Source: Phoronis australis (Eukaryota; Animalia; Phoronida). Taken from it: a DNA stretch of 64,000 bases. The DNA is taken from positions 405,311 to 469,310 of the forward strand of contig NMRA01000347.1 of assembly GCA_002633005.1 (NCBI GenBank). Direction: 5' to 3'. The notes under the pieces were generated by a model, which worked only from the letters and a program-made list of their open reading frames with translations, made no database searches and was not told where the DNA came from. The position numbers and the translations under genes are program-made. Below are positions 1 to 13,200 of this stretch, in pieces (positions within the stretch are counted from its first letter, which is position 1; every line of letters begins with the position of its first letter).

Positions 1-1275
1 AAATTAAATCTGTATTACTTTCAGACAAGTCCGTGGTAATATCTCACAAATTCTGCAGAACTGGAGAAATTGCAAATTCAACTCATGTGGCTGAAAAAAC
101 AACTACAGTTCACCTGAACAGTGTACTTAACACTCTTTAATTTCCTGGAAACTTCACTCCATTAGCAAACTGCTTTTTTTGAACACAACACTGGTAAGCA
201 CTGGGAGATCTAATTTCAAAGTTCCTCAAAAACTCGAATCCCACTACGGCCAAGTTCTTGACGGAAACTCACCACTTGTGTGAACTCTCATTTTAGAACT
301 GGTGATATCAGTGGATATGGCAAAGTATGGAATCCATAGGTCCTCAATCTGAATGTCACCGATCACTCCATGAATGATTCGGTTGAAGAATGCCCCTGAA
401 AAGTAGAGCAACTACAAGTGAAAAGATATAAAATGTAACAATAAAACATTTTATACCACAATATTAGCGTCAAATGGCAGATACAACCGTGTAATAACCC
501 ATAAAGTTATCTCACTAGTGAGATAACGATTTGGCGGGAAACCGAGGACGGAGTCGAACCCGGGACCTTGAGTTTGATGGTCGCCGACCTTAACCACTAC
601 ACCACGCAGCGGCTGACGTCATCAAGAGTGAAAATAGAATACTTAAATGAGCACGCGCAATAATCGCACGTTCAACAAACCGCATTGTACTGTACTTANT
701 GTCCAAAACTGAAGAATTTTTATCGTACTATAGACTCTTGAAAATAATTTCATATATTTAAACGCTTTCTTAAATATTAAATTTATCGATTAACGCTCAT
801 TTCAAATTGAATTTAAAATAGAAATTAAATCTGTGTTACTTTCAGACAAGTCTGTGGTAATATTTCAAAATTCTGCAGAACTGGAGAAATTGCAAATTCA
901 ACTCCTGTGGCTCAAAAAACAACAACAGTTCACCTGAGCAGTGTACTTAACACTCTTTAATTTCCTGGAAACTTCACTCCATTAGCAAACTGCTTCTTTT
1001 GAACACAACACCGGTAAGCACTGGGAGATCTAATTTCAAAGTTCCTCAAAAACTCGAATCCCACTACGACCAAGTTCTTGACGGAAACTCACCACTTGTG
1101 TGAACTCTCATTTTAGAACTGGTGATATCCGTGGATATGGCAAAGTATGGTATCCATAGGTCCTCAATCTGAATGTCACCGATCACTCCATGAATGATTC
1201 GGTTGAAGAATGCCCCTGGAAAGTAGAGCAACTACAAGTGAAAAAATGTAAAATGTAACAATAAAACACTTTATT
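1..1275. repeat. Near-identical direct duplication (1-~455 and 822-~1275) containing a PNPLA exon, split by a single N at 699
   Basis: Two copies about 820 bp apart differing by scattered SNPs. Exon copies are 273-395 and 1093-1215. Confidence 0.9.
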
Positions 1276-4200
1276 TACCATTTGTGAATGCCCCTTTCTG
1301 AACATAAGACCATGATGATTAATGCACTTATTTCATTAGAAATCGCGTATTTTTACAAATTTGTTGAGGATGCAAATCGTTTGTGTTACAAGCAACACAT
1401 GTTACAGGCCCTAGCTCTTGAGAATTGGGAAGCAAACCAGCTCTTATCAAAATATTCACGGTTCATTTTGACACCAATTGATTGGAGGAATGGCAGATTT
1501 TTCAACGAGATGACACACCACCTCATACTCACCAGAGAACATGGAAGTGTAGGGATACGTCAGATCAATGACTTTTGACCACAGTGACATCATTTCCTGT
1601 TCAATAAGGAAGATGTATTAGAACAAAGATGAATCCACTTCAGTGGCCAACTCCTTCAATCCAAAATTGGCAAAATTTGTAACTAAAATTTGTCTACTAA
1701 AAACTTTTTTACACACAGAAATAAATTTGAACATCTCTCCATTGCCTTTACTTTTAACAGATTCAACTTTCCTTTCGTCAACATTCCTAGATCATTTCAG
1801 TTGGTGTCGAACAGACGTTTCAGCATGACTAGTTCGTAATACTAAAATCACGTATATTGGTTCTGCCTTCACGCCCACTGAGGTACAACACGTCCTACTC
1901 TACTGAGCACAGTGTGCGCACGTCATTTGAGCTTGCTCAGTGGAAGTGAATTCAGGGCCTTTTGCCGAGTCATACACATCACTATCTACTGTTGCATGAG
2001 TAGAACAGCAATTAACACGAAAAAATATCTAGATAACAACGGATACGCACTTTTAATAAACGTAACAACAAAAACCTTTTTATTTGTTTTTCCCTTTTTA
2101 TACCATTAAGAACTGTTTAGCAAGAAGAGTGACCTGCTTAGGGCCGAGATTTTTTAAACTGACTCAACACAGAAATGCACACGCTTCTGAGTACCACTGA
2201 GAACCGTCTGGCACGGTCAGAGACTCGCTGAGGGTCGCGCTCCTCCGCCCACAGAGCTCCGACGAATGAGCCAATACTAGTGCCCCCTATCATGTCAACA
2301 GGGATCCCGACATCTTGCATAACCTTCAGGAAGCCCAACTGTGAGATACCCCTGTGGAAAACAGACGTGTGCTTCAGAAAAACAGTGTTCACGTTAAGCA
2401 GGCTAAAATTCAATTTCTTGCACATCTAGTAATAAATAAATGAGTTTTGCTGCGCACATAATGAGAGAAAGGCTTTGAATTGGAATGCTTACTGGAGCTT
2501 TTCCTCATGACTTGAGACAGACCTGTGCAATGCACCTAAACAGTGGAGTATCTAAAAGGCAACAAACCCGCCTTCCTTCACGAAACAATTTTTAATTTGC
2601 ATCACTTTCTGTCGCGAAATTGATCTGGAGTTGCTCTTAATGAAACAGGCTGTGATTTCAGGGAATGAGAAGGGCTGACAGGTTGCCATTGCTGTTCAAG
2701 TAGGCTCGTCATTTTATGTACCAGGCATGGGCTACATCCAGAGATTGCTTCTGGGTAGAGACAAATTTTGTGGCAGAATGGTTGCAACAACTTCATTCCA
2801 TGGTGTACGTCAATATAAAATTTTAAAAATCACACATAATTAAAAATTAACATTTCACAACAAATCTCGTTAGACACGGAGTAAGCTACTTAAAGAGAAG
2901 AATTTTATCAAGTTCTGAACCGCGCTTTTGTTGAGGAAGGTTAAAACGACTGTTCACCTGGCACCACCACCGCCTAGAACGAGGCCAATAGAGGTCCCCG
3001 TCAGCATCCGAGCAAGGCGAGAGAAGTCAGAGAAATTATCCACCACCTCTTTGTTCAACAATTTGTACATGTCAGCCTGCAACAAACAATGGCCCGTTAT
3101 GTTTTGCTGCCTGAGACATTTTGCTGTCCATCACACTATTGGTGCTCATCATTTTTAAAGTTGTATACAGACCTGTTGCGCGGCAAAAGAACCATGCAAA
3201 ACTTGTGACACTTCCATAACAAAGAAGGCACGAAAGTTGCCAATTAAAGACTACTACGACGACAAAGATCACAGAAGGCAATTGGTATCTCCTCTAATAT
3301 GCTCATAGAAAAAATAAATCCTACAGTGCGGATTTAAGCCCATGAGCTCTTCAGACAGATATTGTGTGTAAACAAAAGTACAAGCCAATAGTAAACAGGC
3401 AAAATGACCAGTTAATCTGCGCCATGGCAGCTTAGTGCAAATGGAATTCAACACTTTGACGGCTGAGTGCAAGCGCAATCGATCACATGGTAGCAGTCTG
3501 TCGTTAACCAATGTTTTGTTACTTGATGTGTTCCAATGCCTGACATATAGTGCATTTAAGCAGTGTGAATTTATTGTTTGCAAAATGCCACATTAAAATC
3601 TTCAAATTCTTCTGCTCTTCAGACAGACATCACTCCTACGCAAGTATTATGTACGACTTGGTTACCAGTTATAAACACGACTCAACTATGATTTTGCGAC
3701 GACCAAATTGGTCTTATGCCGGGCTTAACCAAAGTCCACTCTTACTTTGGGTGATACAAAGGAACAGTAAAACTGTCAGTCATTACGACATCAAAAATCT
3801 TAGTACTTGGGAAATACATTGTCATGAACCATGATAATCAACTGTAGTTGATTAATGCACTGTACATGAGAACATTGGAAGTAAGGTCAATTTGCAATGT
3901 TACTCGATATAATGGACCACTGCGGCAACATCAGGAATGTCATAAAAGGTCACAGTCGACATGTCGCATCGTAACCAGTCATTTTCAAACAGAATTAAGT
4001 GGAAGAACTCCTGGCTGAATTTCATGTCGCAGAAACAGTATTTAGTCTGACTAGTGTTTTCTTTTGGCTTGTTCTGCAATTACGAACTGAATTAAAATCA
4101 GTGTCTCCCAAGAAGAGTAAAACTTCGATTTTTAATTAACCTCAGGATGAACGCAAAATAAACTGAAACTTTTCAAATCCTGTTCAGCAATATACAACAC

Positions 4201-7200
4201 AAACAGACAAAGTACACTGCAAAGCAAAATGCAAATTAAACCTACTTTAACTCCATTGAAGGCAGACATACATGAATATTAAACACACGCAATGTTGCTT
4301 ACCAACTTATCGTCGGATTTCTTCGAGAAGATCCTCTTCGGGCAGCGAACGTGCAGATGCGAAGTGACCCAACCACGGGCGTTGAGCCACTCGGCCGTCC
4401 CCGACGGCTTGTCCCCGTCCTGTTTGTGAAGCAGCACCAAGACCTTTTGAACTCTGGCAGCTATATCCTCCAGTTGGGACTCCAACTATGAAAGGTGAGA
4501 AATGACATCATGACAGACAGGCAGATCTGTGGTATCTATAGCGACGCCATTTCAACACTAAGTGACAGAAAGCTTCCTGAGCTAATGCCACACAGTGAAC
4601 ATAGACCAGTCAAAATGAACAGGAATTCCCCGTAACGACAGCTGAATACATCGTGGTCAGTCATAGCAGATGTTCATCATGACCAGGAATAACTGAGAAG
4701 CTGGACATGGATGGGAAAATTAGGAATGGCTTACAGTTGAAATGACATACCATTGCCAAATATATTTTCAGGAAGCACAACTGGTCAATACATTATGTAT
4801 GCGATAGGGAAACAGTGTCTTGTCTTAATACTTTTAGTATGTTCTGTATGTTTCCATGACGATTGATATGTTCCAATGAATGCATGCAATATAATAATTA
4901 AATGAAAAAATCTCATTCTTTGCAGTTTACGAAGACACTACATAATGTTTCACCATCACAGACTGAACCAGTAGTGCCCTCTCCTGGGCTTTGTAATATG
5001 ACAGAAAAATTCTCATGGGAATCAGGTGTTGTTTGTATAAGGAATCAGTCTATTACAAAACGTTGACATGAATATTTCAAAAAGTGTTATTCGAGAATAT
5101 TAAACTATATAATTTTCATAACTAATCCAGAGCCACTACTATGTCCCTGATACGCAAACTTATGCAATGAGATTAGCTGACTGGGGCAATGCCTGATATC
5201 ATTCAGTCAGCGCTACCCAAAGACTGGAAAAGAAGGCCCACGGCTCACTTTCCCCAAGGGGATAGCAGCAGCCTTGTCACTGTGACCTCAACTACCTTGC
5301 CAACACTGGGGTCATTTTCTGCCTTGGCTACGATGAGTATACAATCGGACTGACGTATACACCTCTTGGTCCAAGCGGTCAGTGTCTGGTCACACTGGTA
5401 GATGACCATGCGGTGAATGTCCTCCTGCTGGCCAAGCCAACTTAGCAAGCGGTACTCGTTCTTACTGAAACAGCGAACATACGATATACAATAGACAATG
5501 TACAGAGGCCAACACAGCTTTTATTATTAAAAAGTGGAGCTGAATCACAACTGTTACATTTTTAAACAGAAAAAAAGTTCTGAATTTCTCCACCGAATAC
5601 AGTGCTCATTTTGCACTGTCATTTACTACTGATAAAGATTTCCATAATTTAAATAGTTCATTCTAGCATGGAAAACTTATCAACTTCTTTGCTTTCATCG
5701 TAATGACAGTCAAACTTAACCCTTTCTGAGATCTTTTAAAAAAAGAGCGCTTCTGAAGAATGAACTAGGACAACTTCAGTTTGGATTCAATTTTGGCCAA
5801 CTATATGGAAATCTAATCTGCAATATCGTTTTCATTAGTTTATTAATCAATCCTGCACCTGTCTAGAGCAGCTGCCCCCAGTCTGTCTTGAATGACATCA
5901 CTGGTTAGTCTCAGTGTCGACCCGATAGGTTGCAGCGACCTGCGTAGTTCCATGGTGAAAGGCGCCAAGTGGATGTCTTCTGAAGCAGGGATAACAGCAA
6001 CTGCGGCCAGATTGGAGACAGTCGACCTCAAGTCAGGCTCTTGGTTCTCTAAAGAAGGATGGCAATTCATGACTGATTACGTGACATCCAAAATTAAATT
6101 ACAATGAGGAATTTGGCGTTACGTGTTCTCCAAAAAAAAACCGCTCAGCAGTTACGCTTCTCAAAGCTCAGTAAACTTTAAGTTAAGTACGAATCTATGA
6201 CTGCAGGAGTCAATAATAAAAGTGGTCCACCCTCGCCCTTAATCAGACTAAGACTGATTTCTAAGCCTGAGAAGAGCGGACAAATAACTACTACTGAAGC
6301 ATAAATTAATTAGTGAGTTGCTTGAACACGAGATGGATTTCCCAGACGGAGCATCAAGGGGGTTGGAGTCAACCCAATACATTCGTCGGTTGGAAGAAAT
6401 TTCTTGTCACTCACATGTGATTGGTCATGTCTGCTAACCCAGAATTCACACAATCCGGTAGGAATAGCCTCCAATCAGTGGCATTATGCCAGATGAATTT
6501 TCAGTGAGGATGCTTGAACAAAATTAACAACAGCCTGTGAGAGGCTACAAGTCACCTGACATCAGCCTTAATGGAGTGTCCTTGTTTTGTGCATTATGGA
6601 GCAGACGGTGACTCAGCAGGTGCACCAGGCGTGTGACCACCTGGGGGTACCGTCTCTTGATGTGGTTCAGCAGGTCATCGGGGATCTTAGCTAGCTCCGT
6701 GTCTCTACAGGGAAAACAACAATTTATGTTAATTAGAAAAAGGTTTGAACTGTCCAGAAAAGGCAAAGTGCAGCTGGGGTCTGAGAAAGCAGGCGGAGCT
6801 CATTATATTCTCAAAAATCTCTTTCTAACCTACTAGTAAAAAGTCACGACTGTAATTTATATATTTCCTTAGACATTGAGCCTCATAACCTATTTCTTTG
6901 TATAACGGAGACTTCAGAAATACTGGTGATAACAAGTCCAGCCGAGGAGATCTTAGTCTGTAGACAGCTGATTAAAAATTCAGTTACGTAATGCATTACT
7001 CAGCATTATTTGAAACCCGTTTGAGTGACACATGGCAGACAGTTCCTCAGAAGCTTGCCTGAAATAAAAAATACTGACTGAAAAATTCAAATCATTGCTA
7101 TGAGGAGACAAATCTTTAATTGCTAAGATAATCAACAAAAATAGTCCCCAGTTTTGGCAAGCTGAAAGTGCAGGCGACACTTGTGAAGCAAGCAGCCTTA

Positions 7201-10200
7201 ATAAAAACAATACAGAACATCAACAGTCTGACCTCTGACCTACCTGACAGCCAGGCCTGACATGGCTCTCTTGGTGCGTGTGATCACTTCTAATATCCCT
7301 ACTACCTCGCCACGACCATACTCTCCCACTAAAGTCTTCTTAGACATGGGAGACTGACTGTCAGCGACCATACGTATACGTCCATTCAGCAGAATGTAAA
7401 TGGCATCAGACTGGTCGCCCTGCCTAACAAAACAAACGAGGCGTAAAATAAAATTCTTAATAACGGTCACAAACTAATTTCAGTACGAAAAACACAATTC
7501 CAGATGGTCTCTCCAAGTTTATGAAACTTGTCAAAAAAGAGCAAGTTTCAAAAAAATTGTCATCATTAAAGACAAACCAATCTTGAGAACCATTATACCG
7601 TTAATATTAAGCACTGCCTTTGTCAAACTAATTGGGGATAGCAGCAGAAACTTGGCCAAAATTGTTCTTGGTGGAGGTCAATCAAACATGATCCTGAATG
7701 CCATTACAGGCAGTAATTGTATCATGTTTTGTTCAATTTTTTAAGATGAAATAAACAACTTTTCTATCTAATGTCATTTCATTCGCTAAAATAGCTGTAC
7801 AAAAAACTTGTCACGTGTTCATGAAAAGTTGATGAAGGCATGTTGGAAGAGGTTCAGTTTCCTTGACGTTACGTCAGAAAATGGTGGAAGCCATGAACTA
7901 AATGGAAAGAAAATCAGAAGTGCATCGCTACAGATTTTTGGAGTTACCTGTAGAGGGGATGGCCAGCCTCAAGATGCATCCAGTCGAGGGCAAAGTCAAT
8001 CTGCCTGACAAATGGTGACAGCCTCTGTACTGTGCAGTGAGCAGCGTTGAGAACCACAGATGGCTGGACTCGTATCATACTGAGTAAAAATACCATGAAA
8101 ATAGTATCAGTCGGGCAATAATTAGACAGTCATTTGAGGAAATTATTTGTAACCCTAGTGCTCTACCACTGACTGTACAAAATATTGTAAAATTCCAACA
8201 AACAAAATCATTGGGAAACTAACTTAGCTCAAACTAAACTGGCACAGAGAAAAAGAAGCAGTGTTGAGATTGGATCTAAAGGTATTGATTTCTCCCGAAT
8301 AAATCAACAAACAAAATCTCTTCATTTCAAAATAAGTCGATCTCTGTGACAGAAAGGCATTCCTACTCAGGCATGACCACCAGAAGGAGCTGACCTTTCC
8401 GCATCGAAGTGTCGAATTCACATCGAGTAAGGTTTCGTGAAAATTTTAATGGTAAAAAAAACACGCAGTTGTAACGTCAGAAAAGAAAACCTACTCGTAA
8501 AAGTGATTCTTGTCTAAGGTCACGACCCTAGATTCTCCCCGCACGCGTATAGTGAAGAAGGAAGGCTCTCCTGTCAGCACCGCCATGGTTCCAACAAAGT
8601 CACCAGGGTGCGCTATGAACAATGTAGCCTGAAAAAAGACCAGACATCAACCACATTCTCTCACAAGAATAATGGAAATCCATAGAATTGTTGCAGCAGC
8701 CCACATGACAAGCTGTCATGTTCAGACTGCCAATCACAAATAACAGCAGGATTTTCTTTTGTAAGGGTAGCCAATCAAAGAAGATGGCGTAGTCACATGA
8801 TAACAGTTTGTGCCCGCCCAGTTCCTGTGGACTTTCAAAATCATTCCCCAATCACAACAAAGAACAGGATGCTCCCATGTAACCATGGAAAACCAGTAAG
8901 TTAAGTGCACCATCATTGCATCACGTTCCAGCTGCCAGTCACAACAAACTGACTAATTACGATGGTCACCCATGATCATGCTAATACCTACTACAAATAT
9001 TATTAAAATCTCTTGGTCTATTTACATTACAGAGACCTCTTGTTTATTTTTATTGTCACGAAGTTTCAGTCGGTCTATTCTGTGGCCATCCTCAGGTATT
9101 CCTGCGTTGTTAGAAGAACAAGCACGAATATGTGGTACACTCATGATGACTTTGATTTTTTTGATTATATATTGTACGAGGAAGGATTTCAACCCACGAC
9201 TTCGGAAACTAAACACTACACGACGGAGTCACAGGACAACATATAATCAAACCGACCAAAACATTGTGACAAATGTAAATAGACAAGAGGCTAGTGTAAA
9301 TATACCAAGAGGTCAGTGTAAATAAACAAGAGGTCAGTGTAAATAGACCAAGAGATTTTAATAATAGTTGCAACACGCCACCACCTCAGAACGGTTTTAG
9401 AAAGTCATAATTAGCTACTATTTTGTCCCCATCTTCAGGCTGCCACTCACAGAAATCAGCATGAAGATCACTTGAATGTATGACAGCAAATCAAAAGGAG
9501 GATTTCTTCACTTACCATTTTGTCCCCGCCTACTTCCTGTTGCATCACGTTCAGGCTGCCAGTCACAACAAACAAAAGCAAGCTCTCCTGTAATGACAGC
9601 CAATCAAGTTAACAGGAGACAGTAAATGACAGAGGGAAGTTGGCCTGTACCCCTGGCATTAATATGTTAATACACAAATCTCTAAGAATGAATGATAATT
9701 CCTATCTCCTCAAATATCACCACCAAAACATCTTCGATTATTAATTACCTATTTCAATACACCAGTTTAGTGGTAGTTTGCAAAATTACGAATTAAAAAA
9801 TATCGCAACAATCCATGCACTGTCAGTGTAGAAGTTTACGGCTAATTTTCAAACAATTTTTAATTGCTGTTGTCTCGTTTCCTTCAATGGTTTTATCATA
9901 AGCCAGACAAATTTCCTGGAAATTAATCAACATTTCTTCAATACGACTGTGAGTACTTGGTCATTCCTACCTGTTCACCTTGCTTCACAACATCAAAATG
10001 AGGCGGCAGTTTCCTTAATATCAATTTCTTCTCCAGCATAGACTTGTCCTAAACAGCAAATACTATCATAATGACAGACTGATATACAACATTCAGGCAT
10101 GGCTTAGAAATACATCTAAACATTCACAATACACCAGCCGGTGATTTTGATATAGTAACACCTTGTCATCTGTCATGTAATGTATTACTTCATAGCATAT

Positions 10201-13200
10201 AGCCACCTACAGGGGAATGGCTTGAAAGCAGAAGCACGTCTAAGCCAGCGTAATACAATAGTAATTTTTGAAGTCTTGAAACCTAATTTTTTAAAGAAAA
10301 TGATGAAACATAAGTTCCATAAAGTTGCAGTGAGTTTCAAAATATATTTTAGAAAACACTATTTTAGTTGAGGCAATGCAACAACTTTGTAGGTTGCATT
10401 CAAAGTTGGAATTTGAAAACCAAGGGTTAAAAGTCTCATGTGATTTTGGTATTAGGCAGTTTGTCTAACCTTAAGACCCAGTAACTGGGCGATGTCATTG
10501 GTTGCCATGGCGAGTATTTCTTCATCCGAGACAGACAGCTGGATGTTGGAAAACTTGACTTTGCTTCCCTTGCGAGGACCCTGCTGATCCTAAAGAGAAC
10601 AACACAGCCACATCAACTGTCAATCACTATGACATGGGAGACGATTACTTAATCCCTTACCATCATAAGTGTTGCTTGTTTATTGTGTGGGAGTGCAAAT
10701 TGACCTATCACCAGGACTTTGAGTGACAGCTTAGCTGACCAATCAGAACACAGCCTTCTTGACACACCTTCGTTTCCAAGCTGCCATTTTACCCGACAAA
10801 CAACACGTTGCCGGGTAAAACTTATTGTTAGTCTGTCGACCTTCAGCAAGGGGGCGGAGTTTGCGATAGATTAATTGTAAAAATCAAGCTTAGGACTCAC
10901 CAGTCATCCCCAGCAAAACAAGATTTTTATGGAATATATGACCTCACTGTTAGTAAAAAGCGTAGGGTCGTTCGTTGGTCTAAAACACCTGACTAAAACA
11001 CTTTTTGCTAAAAACAATCATGTTCTGAAGCCTATCCCAATATACCATGAATGTGAACACATCTTGAGATACTAACAATAAGAACTTCCCAACCCTTTTG
11101 TAGCATACTCCTCCGCCTCACTACTTGAACAGCAAATTTACTTCAAGACCATACATTCCCACTCAACAGATTTTGCAGTTCAACTCACAGTGTTTCCACT
11201 AGACGTGTGTGTATCATCGAAATCTGACATGGCCGTGTCTGTGTCATCTCTGTCACTGCCACGGTTCCTTCGCTTGCCTGCACACATTGACAACGACCAA
11301 ACTGTTACATACAAAGCAATACTCTGACGCAAGATTTGAGACTAACAACGCCTTTTACAGGCAGTGTTTATTGTTTTTTTTTTTTACTTTCAGATACCTT
11401 TCATTTCCATAATGTTATATTTAGTAGTTGCACTCAAAGGCAAAATACAGTGTATCTGTATTACCAAGCATCTAAGAGCATCGAAGCACCAATCAGATCT
11501 TCGCATTTCTGTTGGTGCTGATACGGAACTTCACTTTTCAACTTATCCAATCATCCACTCGGCAGTTTACAGCTAATAAGCCGAGCGTGTATGCGCGCGT
11601 GTGTATTCTTACATTCCCCACTCACCTGGCCCTGCTCTGGGACTACTTTCGTGTTCCCGCCGTATCGGCGTGATTGAATGAATGGACAAGTTCTGGTCCA
11701 TCTGGCTTTTCTGCAATACAATAATCAAACAAGCATACAGCTCTGACCACGTTTCAAACACTAAATAATTTCAGCATCTTTATACTGTAAGNTATCGGAG
11801 TGATTGAATGAATGGACAAGTTCTGGTCCATCTGGCTTTTCTGCAATACAATAATCAAACAAGCATACAGCTCTGACCAGGCTTCAAACACTAAATAATT
11901 TCAGCATCTTTATACAGTAAGAGTTGGTTTATAATGTAGATATGCTTATAACATTCCATTTCACTAGTCCTTGACCATGAACTCCACAATAATGAAACTT
12001 TAGAAACAGCTCACAAGGTTCACTGCAGCATGGTTCCACGTCTTATCTAAGGCAGTTTATTAATAATATGCATTTTAGAACCGTGTGCATTCCCATCTCA
12101 ACAATAAATGCCAAGACTATACTCCCGTGGTCCATTCAACCTCGACATGAGCCGTCTAAATTTACTTACGGAGTTCATCAGTTCCTGCGTGAGACCCAGG
12201 TAGTTGTGTAGAGCCAAGAATGTAACACGCTGTAGTCGCACCATGATCACCTGCAGTAACAGAATTACACACACTCATCAAACAAGTAAAATGTAATGAT
12301 AACCAACCTTTAAAGACCACAGTGCACTTCATGAAATTGAAAGGCCTCCAAAATAACTACAGAGAAGTCGTACCCACCACACTCTCCCAATGGACGATGT
12401 AACCACATAGAACAAAATGCTTTTGCTCATCATGCACATCACATCTCTTGAAGCACAAAGTTGAAAGTGTATAATTATCAACAGATGAGACACTGAGGTC
12501 AGCCTGTGCTTTGAGAACCAGTTTTATGCCCGTTATTCAGTGGAGAAAACTGGTTCTCAAAATGTTGCAGATGAATGAGCATGTACTCCAAAGTGAGATT
12601 TTAACGGGGGGGAGATAATTACAAAAGACCAAATACGCTAAACGATTTGTATAAAATTCAAATCAAACCCCTTATTTACGAACATGGCCGCATGAATGAG
12701 ACACGGGTGTAATGAGTGCCATTGGCTCAAAAAGCTGGGACATGCTAATGCTCAACACGAAAATAACTTTTTTATACAAAGTATAACTTGCATTTGACTG
12801 TGTACAGTTTTGGGAAGTCCTGTGAACCATTAAAAGTTATAAGAGTCACAAATTAGGGTCAGATTAACACTACAGCCTGAGGACCACATCAGTGTCAAGC
12901 TCATGGTCCATCCAGTCCCTAAGACTGCACGACGACCAATTTGCATTCTGGGCCACCGAGTCTGTTTTAAGAAATTCTCCCAAAAACATCACTAACATTA
13001 CAAGAAGTATCACAACCAAATTAGCAGTAGCCAACACTTCTCAATATTCCGATGCAATACTTCTCGTTTTGTTACTGAGCTTTTCCGGGAATTCTTGAAA
13101 ACAACTCATTTTTACCGCCTTAACAAGCCCACCTGCACTATCCGTACTAGCGACTCTGGGAACTTGTCGAATGCCGTGCTGAAAGCGGCTACTGGAATCC

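Noticed and set aside
540-612. Functional tRNA gene
   Set aside because: A and B boxes are present but the acceptor and anticodon stems do not pair properly, so it is better explained as a SINE head.
13070-13105. FQEFPEKL just after the exon encoding FDKFPESL (possible third exon echo)
   Set aside because: Only about 18/28 nt identity, too weak to support on its own.
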